The notes under the pieces: generated by a model | Databases searched by the model: none | What the model was told of the DNA's origin: nothing | What the model saw: the letters and a program-made list of their open reading frames with translations, nothing else | Source: Selaginella moellendorffii | Taxonomy: Eukaryota > Plantae > Lycopodiophyta | NCBI RefSeq assembly: GCF_000143415.4 | Contig: NW_003314263.1 | Location: 1,638,749-1,702,748 of the forward strand | Direction of reading: 5' to 3' | Length of the DNA: 64,000 nt | Made by a program: the position numbers and the translations under genes | Shown here: in pieces, positions 24,169 to 35,699 of the stretch | How the letters are laid out: each line of letters opens with the position of its first letter | Position numbering within the stretch: the stretch's first letter is position 1

Positions 24169-25455
24169 ATGATCATGGCGGCAGCGGCGACTTGCCCATC
24201 GCCCACGCGATTGCTGTGCTCGCTGGCATCGTCGCCGGGCAAATTCGCGTCGCCCTCTTCGCCGCTCTCGCCCAGGTCGTCGGCGGCGGCGGCGGTCAAG
24301 GAAGAGCTGCTCATCGCGTCGATCGGAGGCGGCGGCGACGGCGATCCCGCGCCGCCGGCGAGCTTGAAGAGGAAGCGGCCGCCCAGGCTCACCATTCCCG
24401 CGTCGGAGAGGGAATCTTCCACGGCGGCGGAGTGCGTGGACGACGAATATTCCGACCTCACGCACGCTGGCCATGGCTATGGCGTCGCGTGTAAGAAGGG
24501 GCGGCGCCAGATCATGGAGGACAGCTTCACGGCACTGCCCAAGCAGGTGATACCTCGTTCCATCTCTTCTTCTTCCTGGAATTTTAGGGTTCTTGGGCTT
24601 TTTCTTCCATGGAATTTTAGGGTTCTTGGCTCAATGGATCGATCTGTGGTTATAGGGATTCTTTGGCGTCTTCGATGGCCATGGCGGGCGCGAGGCGGCG
24701 AGATTCGCAGCGCACAATCTCCTGGACAACATCGTCAAGGCGGCTTGCCCTACCGACGAGGCCGGCGCGATGCAAATCGGTGCGCAGGAGATCCGGATGG
24801 GATACCACACCACGGATTACGAATTCTTGCGCCAGGTAACGATCGATCGCGATCGATCGAGCTCTATCGATCCTCACGCTTGACATTTTCTTGGTTTTCT
24901 AGGGTTCTAGCAGTGGCGCGAGCTGCGTCTCGGCGCTAATCGCCCGGAACGAGCTCCTCGTCGCCAATGCGGGGGATTGCCGGGCGCTGCTCGTGAAATC
25001 CGGCGGCGCGGCCGTCCAGCTTACGCAGGATCATCGATTCAGCTCCGAGTCGGAGCGCCGGAGAGTAGAAAGTCTCGTAAGTTCCATCCATATCTTCTAG
25101 AATTCGATCACCAACGCGTTCTTCCAGGGTGGAATCGTGGATCGCTACACGGGGACGTGGAGGGTCCAGGGCGTGCTGGCAGTGTCGAGAGGGATTGGAG
25201 ACATAGATTTGAAGCAATTCATCTCGTGCGATCCACACGTTGTGAGTTTGCCGCTGACCAGCGACTGCGAGTTCCTCATCTTGGCGTCCGATGGACTCTG
25301 GGACCTGGTGAGAGCGCCATAGCCATCTCTCTCTCTCTCTCTGAGCTCCTTTCTCCTGTCATCTCTGGAAGCTTTCCTTGTGGAAAACATCTCCATCTTT
25401 CTCTCTCTCTGAGCTCCTTTCTCCTGTCATCTTTGGAAACTTTCTTTGTGGAAAA

Positions 25456-25489
<34 letters not shown>

Positions 25490-25883
25490 CTCCTTTCTCC
25501 AGTCATCTCTGGAAGCTTTCCTTGTGGAAAACATCTCTCTCTCTCTCTCTCTCTCTCTCTCCTTTTCTTCTCTCACGTTTTCCTTGTGAAAAGCAAGTCT
25601 TCTCTTTTTTTCTTACTTCTTCTCCGTAATGTGCTGACCTTCGCTTTCCTAGGTGTCAAACCAGGAAGCCGCGGAGTGCGCATTGCTGGCCCTCAAGGTG
25701 GGAGCGAAGCGTGAATCGGTCCAACTAGATTCTCGTGGTGCTGCTTCAACTCCCGGATTGTCGAGCTTAGGTGCTGCGTGCCGACGATTGTTAGATCTGA
25801 CACTCAAGCGAGGGTGCCTCGACGATGTAACCGTCATGATCGTGGAGCTTGGGAAGTTCTCCACACCAGAGCGAAGCTCCTGA
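24169..25883 (+). CDS. Protein phosphatase 2C, clade B (AP2C-like MAPK phosphatase)
   Basis: Kinase-interaction motif [12 protein letters not shown]; [26 protein letters not shown] and DDVT all intact. Confidence 0.92.
25325..25562. repeat. Intronic tandem repeat: ~3 copies of (CT)n-GAGCTCCTTTCTCCTGTCATCTCTGGAAGCTTTCCTTGTGGAAAACAT
   Basis: Visible in the last PP2C intron. Confidence 0.9.
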
Positions 25884-26454
25884 CTGGAAACCTGACGACG
25901 AAGCTGGAAATTTGTACATTCATTCTTTTTGTTTTCTCATAACTTGACTGTAAATTCATCTCTAGAGCTTAGATTTGTTTTGATTTTCTTGAATTCTGTT
26001 AAGGCTTGATGAGAGACCAAACTTTGAAACCTTTTCACCATGAGAAACCCCATAAGATTGTCATTTTTATGTCTTTCCGGTGAGCATAAATGTGCCCTTC
26101 TAGTATCTCAAGCTTCTTGGCACACAACCTGCAGATGTCAAACGGTGTATTTGAATCTGGAAGCAATACACCCAAACTTGTTGTCAAGAAAATACTACTC
26201 AGATAATTCTTTTGTCCCAGGCTGGTTGTTATGGCTAATGCTGAGGTGGTCTGAAATTCCTTTGCTTTAAAATATGTTTTGGCGTTGTGCGTGATGTGTG
26301 GGCTGCTCTTCTAGACAAGTGTCTTGTTTGATAAGATGCAAGCTACAGAAATGGTTGAGGTGGAATGCCACGCAATTTGTTTGCTACTGATAATTTTGTC
26401 TAGTGGTTGCAATTTGAATTTATATACGGCAGAGAATCTGAGACTTTTTGAGTA

Positions 26455-26898
26455 ATGGCTTCTTCCAGTTCTTCCCATTGGTGCTGTCTCCTGCTCTTCA
26501 CTGTGATCCTCACTCAATCTACTGCTTCTCTCAAGAATCAAAATGCTTGTTCCAATCAAAATGCTTTGGTCCTACCCAATCACCATCACAAGCACCAGCT
26601 CCTTCACCTTCACCTTCACCATCACCACCACCACCCTCCCCTCCACCTCCACCACCACCCCTACCCCCACCACCTTCACCTTCACCCCCACCTCCACCAC
26701 CACCCCTACCCCCACCACCTTCACCCTCACCCCCACCACCGCCACCACCACCACCATCGCCACTTTGCCCACCATGTGGGTATGGCCAGAAATGCTGCTG
26801 TATGTTTCCATCCTGCTTGTTTTTGTTCAAATGCTGCCCCGTCACAACCGTTTGTGGATATGGCCCCCATTGCTAAAATGTATTCGCTTAAGATATAA
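26455..26898 (+). CDS. Secreted low-complexity protein: the ATG frame is signal peptide plus His-rich; the overlapping frame is Pro-rich plus Cys-rich (possible frameshifted gene)
   Basis: MASSSSSHWCCLLLFTVILTQSTA signal-like segment; (CCA/CAC)n repeats; frame 26448-26876 has no ATG and encodes SPPPP repeats and CCCMFPSCLFLFKCCP. Confidence 0.55.
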   Translation: MASSSSSHWCCLLLFTVILTQSTASLKNQNACSNQNALVLPNHHHKHQLLHLHLHHHHHHPPLHLHHHPYPHHLHLHPHLHHHPYPHHLHPHPHHRHHHHHRHFAHHVGMARNAAVCFHPACFCSNAAPSQPFVDMAPIAKMYSLKI

Positions 26899-27130
26899 CT
26901 TGTAAAAGAAAAGCTTCCATTAAACAGGCATGGAAGTCCACGACGTCTCGCTTCTGTGACATGTCACTCTTCTAAGACGGACACCTAGCCGAAAAGAAAA
27001 GTTTACCCTGGCGGTACCTTCAAACGATTCGATTTTCTCGCTCCCACGTTATCCATGCCCGCGCAACCTGTCGTAAATATCTCACTATATAACCGAGCAA
27101 ACGTTCTCAAAACTTAAAACTCCAGTAGCG

Positions 27131-28499
27131 ATGGCGTTGTCTCGTCGTCACGTCCTCTTAGCTCTTCTCGCCTGTTGCTTCACACTAGTAGTAGTGGCTA
27201 CTGCATTCCCTCACCATGGTCGTGATGAGGATCGCGAGGGTCCCAACTTCTGGTACCCTCCCGAGGAGCTCGACCCGGATGCTGGCTTTAAGTTCATGTT
27301 TGATCGCTGGAGAGCCGAGCACTCGAGAGTGTATGCCGAGAGAGCCGAGGAGGAGCGTAAGTTTGAGCTCTTCAAGCGTAATGTGAGGATGCTCCACGAC
27401 TACTATAGGAACCTCCGGCTCTACTGGCTGGGCCTGGACCATCTTCCGGACCTGGATCACGAGGAGTTCAAGCCTCGTCTGCCATCTCGGGTTGCTTCGC
27501 CTGTCCTGCGGACCAAAGTCGATCATTCTGATGAGCGTCCTGAGCCGAGGAGGCCTCCGTTTCCTCACGTTCCAGAAGCTGTCGACTGGAGGAAGGAGGG
27601 GGCTGTGACGTCCGTGAAAGATGTTGGTAACTGCACTGGTAAGAATGTAGCTTCGCCCTGCCCTGTTGCCGGTTTTCCGAGTCTCGAGTTACTTCCCTGG
27701 AGTTCTTTCTTTTCCTGCTTTGTTGAGATGTTGTTCTGAAAGTATTTCTCGTTCTTTCCAGGTGGAGGCTGGGCCTTTGCAACTGCTGGAGCGGTGGAGG
27801 GCCTGAACAAGATCGTCACCGGGAACTTGGTGGAGCTCTCGGCCCAAGAACTCATCGACTGCGATGTCTACAATGGCGGATGCGACTACGGCTTCCCGCA
27901 GGACTCTTTCGCCTACATTCAGAAAACGGGGCTGGAAGCAAGCGCCTCGTATCCTTACATTGGGAAAAACAGCACCTGTCACATCGGGGTGAGTTATAAA
28001 AAATAAGTGGTAACAAAGATGACTCACGCATTTTGCCTGTCAGAATCCATACAAGGTGTTCATCGATGGTTTCGACACACTGCGGGGCTCTCTGTGTGCT
28101 CCCGGAGTTTCAGCTTCCGATATTGAAGAAGAGTTAAAGATGAGGGTCGCACAACAGCCAGTCACGGCTCTCATTGATGGTTCCTCTAAAGATTTTGCAA
28201 AATACACTGGAGTAAGTACTTCCGAAGTAGAAGCTATTTACTGAAAAGAGTTACTTACTTGAGTGTTTGTTTGGCAGGGAATCTTCAAAGGGCCATGCCA
28301 CAGCACTGGAGACACTGGACTCACCGCAGTGTTGATCGTTGGCTATGGAAGCGACAACGGGGACGATTACTGGATCTTAAAGAACTCGAGAGGAACCAAA
28401 TGGGGTGAGCAAGGATACATGAAGATTCAGCGTGGAACTGGACTCTATGGAGGCCGTTGTGGAATCAACAACTATGTTTTCTTCCCTCGCAAGTTCTGA
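27131..28499 (+). CDS. Papain-like (C1A) protease homolog, predicted catalytically inactive
   Basis: Signal peptide, I29-like prodomain, [34 protein letters not shown]; active-site motifs read GGGWAF and [11 protein letters not shown]; 3 introns; TATA near 27086. Confidence 0.92.
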
Positions 28500-28752
28500 A
28501 AGAACAGGAAAAGTAATCGTCAGACCTTTCGTATGTCTATTTGAACTACTTCCTTCAGTCACTGTTGGTCCAATGCCCATGCAAATGAAATATGATCAAC
28601 AATAGTTACCAGTCTTTTGTTGTTTCACGAGTAAGATCGAGATGTCAAAGTTCTGTAGTCTTTCCATTACGAAAAGCGGTTGTTCAACAAAAATTCCCAA
28701 AGATATTGTTAAAATTGCAGCCATAGAGTTCATGGCAAAAGTGTACTAGTGG

Positions 28753-30465
28753 CTATCTGAGCTCCCTTGAGAAGTTTCGGAGCGGAGCTTGCTTCAGCAT
28801 TTCAGTGTCACTGGAAAGAAAAGAGAGCGGCTGAGTATCTATAGATCAATCAGAAGTTCAATTGAAGCTTACATCTTGATGTCTTGACCGCGGGAGAGCC
28901 GAACTTTCAGAGCTGCAGTAGATATTCTGCGATTCCAGCTTCGAGATGCCACACTGCAGTAACTTCATGAAGCAGCGCGGGATGAAATTTTTTGAATATT
29001 ACTGTACCTGGAGAATTCTTCGTCAACGTAGACATCCAGTGCTTCAGTCGACACAGAAGCGGGCCTGGAGGGCCTTTGAGGAATCTGAAAAAAACGCCCT
29101 CAGAGCAAGTGCATGATCATCATCACTAACCTTTGCTTCATTCCATCTAGTCGGCTGTTGAACGTTCTCCTTCGTCCTCTCGGCTTGAGATCCTAAATTG
29201 GTCCAAACAGGTAAGGCGTGGCCTTGAGCACCGTTCTCATGCAGTCCAGGTACTTTCGATGCTGGATTAAGCTCCGAATCGACAAACACAGAGAACCTAC
29301 ATGGGTCGAACCTTAGAACAGCACACATAGAACAGTCACATTTTACGTCTGATTAGAAAGCGGTGGCGCATTGCCCTTCGAAGGCTTTTGTGGAGGCCTG
29401 CTCGGCATGCTTCCTGAGCAGCAGAACATGTTAAGTGAAAACTCAAGTCAGAAAACAAAACAGCCTACCTGTTCTTTTTCCAGATTGTGGAACGACGAGG
29501 GATCCAAATGATCTGGCAAGCCCTTCGTCCACAGTGTCTTCCTCCTACAGTACCAACAGTATAAGCCGCATACACCACATAAACGTTCTGAAACTTACAG
29601 CATCTGGTTTTGGTTTTCTAAGAGTTCGCTCAAGAAAGCTCTTGTATTTGATTTTCAGCTCCTCAACTGGCTCCGCTTCCCTGCCTCACAGAAAGTCGTC
29701 CAGGATTAGCCAAAGCCTGCAAAGTCGAGAAATCATACGAACCTGGCAATACCGATCTGAAAAACTTCGTTAGCCTTGGATAGATTTTTGCACCTTTCCA
29801 GGTACGATGCATACGCTTCGTAAAACTGTGCGTAAGTCTGTCCAATGTCGTTCACCTCCAGAAAGACATAAATGTCCCGCGGGTGAGTGCATCTGTCCGC
29901 CTGGAACATCGCAAGTTAGTTTTCTAGAAGCTAGAGCAAGATAAACAGGAAAAGGAAGAAAAAAAAAGAACGAAAAGCTGAGAAGCTAGAGCTAGATAAA
30001 GAGGGGAAAAAAAAAACCAAGAGCTTACATAGTCCAGCCATAGCTTGAGGTACCGCAAATCCGACTTATACTTTGAATCGTCGCAGAACGTTCGCAGGCA
30101 AAGCTCCAGCATTGGAAGAATCCCAGACTGACTACCGCCGGAAGGGAATGCTTCCTTCGTCCACTCGATGCATCTGGAAAGAAATAGATTCGTAACGGGC
30201 ACGAATCTATAGCGCATTACCTTATCCAGGGCTCCAAGGGATCATCGCCGACGTAGTCATCAATCTTCTCGAGCAAAATCCTGACCGAGAAAGCAAATCA
30301 AAACCAGGAAGCCCGCGGGCGGCAAAGAACTCACCTTCTCTGTTCGATCAGCACGGAGCGCGCAGGAGATTCATGCTTCGCCTTGAGCCCCTGGTTGAGT
30401 AGATCGACATTCTTCCGGCCCTTGCGGAGCGGCTGCACATTCTCCTTGCTCAGCTCCCACTCCAT
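28753..30465 (-). CDS. BUBR1: Spindle checkpoint protein BUBR1/MAD3-like (no kinase domain)
   Basis: MEWELSKENVQPLRKGR KEN box, YVGDDPLEPW, YKSDLRYLKLW, second KEN (TKENVQQP), C-terminal PLRNF. Confidence 0.92.
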
Positions 30466-30616
30466 CGCTAGAAATCGCGTAGAAATCTCTGGGAGAAGCC
30501 TCCGGATCGCGCGCCCGGCCCGATGCTTCGACCGAAAAGCCCTAATACCCCGCAACGGTAATATGAACTAGAAATCCTGGCCATCGATTCAAACCCTTGC
30601 CTTAGAGCTTGAATCG

Positions 30617-30627
30617 TGGCCGTTGAT
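30617..30627 (-). promoter_or_regulatory. MSA-like (AACGG, MYB3R) mitotic element upstream of BUBR1
   Basis: ATCAACGGCCA on the minus strand; a second AACGG core at ~30554-30558. Confidence 0.4.
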
Positions 30628-30636
30628 ATGTACATT

Positions 30637-32280
30637 TTAAATATTCACAGCTTTCTTTCTAGCTATGTCTGTATAGCTCCTGAGCTCGCGAAGAGCTTCG
30701 CGAAGAGTGCCTGTGGGTCGTGAGCATTTGTCACGAGGAGGAGATTTCTCGATTGGAACCGCGGAGACGAGAGCTGTGATGAGAGCACCCGCGGCGGCGT
30801 CTCTCGAGACTTTTCGCTCGTCGTCGCAGGCAAATGGACAGACGAGTTCCTGCTGCTGATCGAGCTCGATTGGATTCATAGGACTGCTGTAAGATCGCTT
30901 CACAGCTGCTACTGCTGCTACTTCAGCCTGCTTGACATCCAAATCGAAAACTTCTTAAGAAATCCAGCAGAAAAGAAGGCAATTCAAACACAGGAACTCG
31001 ATCAACAGCTCTTGATACAAACAAGCAAAAGATCTTAACACTCACTCTTACAAATACTGCAAGCAATCAATCATATACTTTCAAAGAAATCATGAAGAAC
31101 ACGAGAGAAACCAAACGCTGGAGCAAAGCAAGAAAACTATCCAACGAAAGGAAAGAAACCGAACGCTGGAAGAAACCAAAAACTCGAGAGCAAAGCAAGC
31201 AAAGTAGCCACCGAAAACAAAGAACCAAACGCTGGAAGAAACCAAAAGCTCGATAGCAGAGCAAGCAAACTATCCAACGAAAGCAAAGAAAAACCGAAAA
31301 ACAGAAAGACTTACCGCTGGTATGTTGCTCGACATCGTCCGAGTAGCAGCACAGATCCTCCTATCCTTCACAGCAAAGTGTGGATTCTGGGAAGAACCAC
31401 TAGAACCGCCGCCACCATCGCCACCACCACCACCAACGTAGTCCTGGATGATCTCCGAGAAGATGGAGTTGGTTCGCTGAATGGCTCTCTCGACGCTGGC
31501 AGCATCCGAGTACTTGACCGAGATGCACATCCGTCCCAGCTCCGTCTCCACCGGCGTGAGGTTAAACTTGCAAAGGCTCTTGTCGGAGCTTCCATGCCCC
31601 GTCACGCTGAGAGTGCTCCTCACTTTGTATGAGAGATCAAAGTGGCAGCAGCCGGGAGATCCTCGCGAGCTGGACGAGTTGAGCTGCTGGAAGATCCTGT
31701 AAGCCGGGAGGAGCCGCGTGAGATTGTAGAGCGACCGCAGCATGATGCTGAGCATTTTCATCGCCTTCTTCCACGGATTTTTCTTCTCCTCGGCCGAGGG
31801 TGGCGGCGCCGCCACCGATCGCCGTGAGAGCGGCGGCTTCTTGGCGGTGGTGGCGGCGGTCTTGTTCTTCGTGATATGATCGGGGCTTTGGGTGGTCTTC
31901 TCGCTGTTCTTGAGACACGTCCAGGGAACGCAGTGTACCACCCAGCGCTCAAGCAATGACTGGCTTTGCTGGGTCTGCTGGCTTGGACTCCACCGGAAAA
32001 CCTGGTCCTCGATCGCAGCGCAAGCACTGGAGCCGTGATGGAGCAGCAGCACGTCCACCACGATCGGCTCCACGACGCTCAAGTGGCATTTGTTCCTCAT
32101 GGGAGAATTCACCAGCACGAGATTGAAGCTCTTGTTGGCGCTAGCGCTAGCGGCGGAAGAGCTCGTCGCTGGCTGCAAATACTTGGATGGGATCCTCGCG
32201 CCGAGGATCACATTCAAGCTCTTGACGAAGAATTCGGATACCATTCGCCGGCTCTCATCCTGCGATACTTTCCCTTCCAT
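30637..32280 (-). CDS. ATG13: Autophagy protein ATG13 (HORMA domain, short tail)
   Basis: EFFVKSLNVILGARIP, LLERWVV, LRSLYNLTRLLPAY, PVETELGRMCISVKY; tail CPFACDD...DAAAGALI...ALRELRSY; intron donor at 31314. Confidence 0.88.
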
Positions 32281-32617
32281 TGCCCTCTTCTTCCTGTTCT
32301 AAGCCCTGGGATCGAAATACCGCTGGCCGGGCATTTCTCGCAAGAATCTCACCTCTGGATGGAGAATCGCGGCCGAGGGAACAAAATTGTCGCCTCCAAT
32401 CCGCGGAGCTCGCAGCGGGACCTTGTCATAGATGGGGAAAAATCGAAAAACCCTCGCGAGGGCTTTTCTCTGTGTTAACACAGAGAAAGAAGAGAGGCGC
32501 TAGATATGGCGGCAAACCTAGCGGCGCCGCCAAATACAAGCAAATGGCTTCCCAAACCTAGCGGCGCCGCCAGATGGCAAATACGAGATTTTTTCCTTTT
32601 ATTCTCTCCACGACTTC

Positions 32618-34288
32618 TTATATCATATCTCTCGGCTCCAAATTTACAATCTCCTTGACGACTTGCGCTTTGTCCTGATCGAAATGCTTGTCTTCTACAG
32701 AGCCAAATAATCATTGTTTGATCACACCGAAGAATCATAGAAAACATACCTTGCTCTGTCTTGAAATCGCTGAAGAATCGAAGTAGCTTGCTCCGGTTTG
32801 CTACCAGGATGCTCACGATCTCCGGTGGCTTGTTGGTATTGGCTACGAACACCTGAGACAATCGCAGCGAGTGATTTAATCGATCATAGCAGAGCCATTT
32901 TTGCTCACTTTGAAAACGTGGAAGGCTTCGATCTGGATGTTTTTGCTCGGTTCCTGTGAAGGCCAGAACAATTAAAAAAACGTGGAAGAATGTTGCCATG
33001 AAAGCTTACCCGCAGAAGATTCATCATGATTCGAAGGTTCTCTTTTGACACGACATAGCGCATCATCACTGCAGTGTTTGATTTATCCAGGAGCATATCC
33101 CCGAGAAGCTAGCAAACAAAGATTTTGGTGGAGTGAACAAAAAGAAGCGTCTCAAAGTGATTGATACCTTGACAGCTTGTCTCCTTGTGATGTAGTTTGG
33201 AGATTCTAAAAGCCTCGTGTTGTACTCTTGAAAAAACTAGAAAAAGAATGAAACACGTCAGGAAGACTTCAGAAAAAAAAATCGAAGAGGAAAGATACCC
33301 AGTCGTAGTTTCTTGCCAGGTACTCAGCCACAGTAGATTTATGTCTCGTAAGAAGCTCCTAAGGATCAAGGATAGCTCATCGTCAGAAACCAGTGCAAAA
33401 GAGCCTGCAAGTCAATCATGTAAACACATACTGGAGGGCAACAAGCAACATTTGGAATCATCCATGCAGCAGGATCAGTCTAACAAGACCTTGAAACTCG
33501 CAGCGGCATCCGAAGCGACAGCAAAGTTTGCCAGCTCGATGTACTCGAAAAACTTCTTGAAGTGACTGGATTCCAGGACGTACCTGTGAAGCCAACAGTT
33601 ACGAGATAGGAAAAGGAAAACTAAAAACTAAGACTTACCGCGCCATGCTTTGATGCCGGATGCATTCCCGAAACATCGTCCCGTAGTGCAATGCAAGATC
33701 CGCATTCTCATATCTGCAGTATGAAAGAGCAGACAATAAACACAAAGGAACGATAGAATTTTTCTAAAACATACCCAAGGATGAGCATGTCCAGCAAATC
33801 CTTGTTCCTTTCCAGGTATTCGCAAGCCAAGACTTTCGACTGGACTTGCTGCCTCTGTAAGTTCGCAACAATCTGGGTCACATCCTTTCGAGCCTGTTAC
33901 ACTCCTCTAAGTCAAGAAGAAAGTCTCTATACAGCCTAAAGATTTACCTCGAGCTCCAGCTTCGGTAGACAAACTATCATCAATCGAAACGTGTCGTGCT
34001 GGAAAATCTCCTGTGTGATTTGCGCGCACGAGTCCGGCGCAGGATCAAATTCATTGTTCCCATATAGCGAGATTTTGATGTCTCGAATGTTTTTGCACAG
34101 CTCCGCGATCTACAAAAGCACACAGCCATTCACATGTGTATGGCAAGAGCTTTGAAAAAATAAAATACCTTTTCCTCTCTCTTGGAATCCTTGAGGGAGT
34201 TGACATGATCGAGCGCCTGGAGCAGCTCCCTCGCCGACCGCACTAGATCCGCCGGCGACTTGGATTTGTGCTTGAAGAAACCCTTCAT
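32618..34288 (-). CDS. MO25: MO25/CAB39 family protein
   Basis: [66 protein letters not shown]; about 10 exons. Confidence 0.93.
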
Positions 34289-34755
34289 GGCGCCGCTTAT
34301 CCGCTAGAAATCCACCGCCGCGAGCTCCCCTCCGCTATAAATCTCCACGCCAACAGCGACGCCGGGGCCACAATGCGGCGCAATCACGCGCATTCCGTGA
34401 TCCTCACACACCCCGCGATGGACAAATTTCTAGCACCAGAAGCCTGGAAAGATCGAGAGAGGCCAGAATCCTACCTAGCGCGAGGGCAGCGGCAGCGAAC
34501 ACGATCATGCGCTCCCCTCCTCCAAACCCTGATTATCAATCATAGAAGACGCCTAGCCTAGCCTAGCTTCCCTTGGCTTCAAAAGCCCGGATATTCTTGG
34601 GATCCATCCCTGGCCGTCGATTTTTGCTACTATACGACGGCCAGGATGTGGCCACGTGACAAATAGAAAGGTACAAAAAAGAATCTAATTAGGTGTCAGG
34701 TTCGAATCCCAAGAGTCACCGATGATAGATTATGTACAGGAGTAAAAAGCATTGA

Positions 34756-35467
34756 TCAAGGAGAAGTTCTTCGCGTCGTGTCACTGGCGAAGAATGGAAC
34801 TTCGTTGTTTATGGGAGGCTTGCGACGAACTGGAGCGTAGTCTGTCCTCATTGTCTCCTCGAAATCGTCCTCGCTCAGCTCCTTTCTCGTCGATGGAGCG
34901 GTGAATTCGTCGTCCAAAGTCGCAGCGGTGGCGGAAGAAGCGTCACTGAGATTTGTTCGCTTTGGGGGACTGGATTCATACGCTCGATCCGTCACTAGCT
35001 CTTCCTGGAAAGGCGAAAGCGGTGTGAGAGACTTGAAAAAAGAGAACTTTGTGGGGGGCTTAACTGGTTTAGTCGCGAGCAGCAGCCGGGATCTCTCGAT
35101 TGACTCTGTTGAATTGACAAAGCTGGGATTATAAACGCCGTGCTCTTCACAGCATGTATTTACGAACCTGGAAAAGTCTGGTCGCATTTGAGACCGGTGG
35201 AATCGAATTTAAGACAGTTGCTACTAGTCTGCAGCAAAGACTACCCGAAATGAGGGCTAGAAAAACGAAACCAGCCGTGGCTTACCGTCGGGAGTGAAGC
35301 TGTCGAAGAGTCTCCTGCAAGAAGAAAAAACCGCTGTCTGTAAGACTTTGGAGGAAGTTCTTGCTTGAAAAAAACTTACCGTGCTGTTGCTGCTGTTTGA
35401 GCTTCCTACAGTCGGCCAGCTGAAGAAGAAGAGCAATGAGCTGTAGAAGCGATGCGAATTTCGCCAT
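34756..35467 (-). CDS. RGF/GLV/CLEL (root growth factor/GOLVEN) peptide precursor
   Basis: Signal peptide MAKFASLLQLIALLLQLADC; exons 35467-35380, 35314-35286, 35228-35168 and 35105-34756 join in frame; mature motif DYAPVRRKPPINN at 34804-34842; TATA at ~35548-35553. Confidence 0.85.
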
Positions 35468-35699
35468 CGCAGGAGAGGTTTCAGCTGGAGGAGCTCGGAG
35501 GAAGATGACGGAGAGCGTCCTGGTTTGCTGTTCCAGAGATTTTTCCTTTTATACTGCCGTCGTCGACTCAATTGATCTCGAGCATTCCCTGTTGACTGAC
35601 TACTACCGCTACTATTCAACCCGAAGTTCCTGCTTCCTCAGAGATAGAATAAAGGCCCAGTGATGTATACTAAAATACTTTCACCTCGTCCCGCGAGGG

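Noticed and set aside
23779-24939. 353-aa plus-strand and 231-aa minus-strand ORFs over the PP2C 5' end
   Set aside because: Read-through of UTR and introns in GC-rich DNA; the spliced PP2C explains the region.
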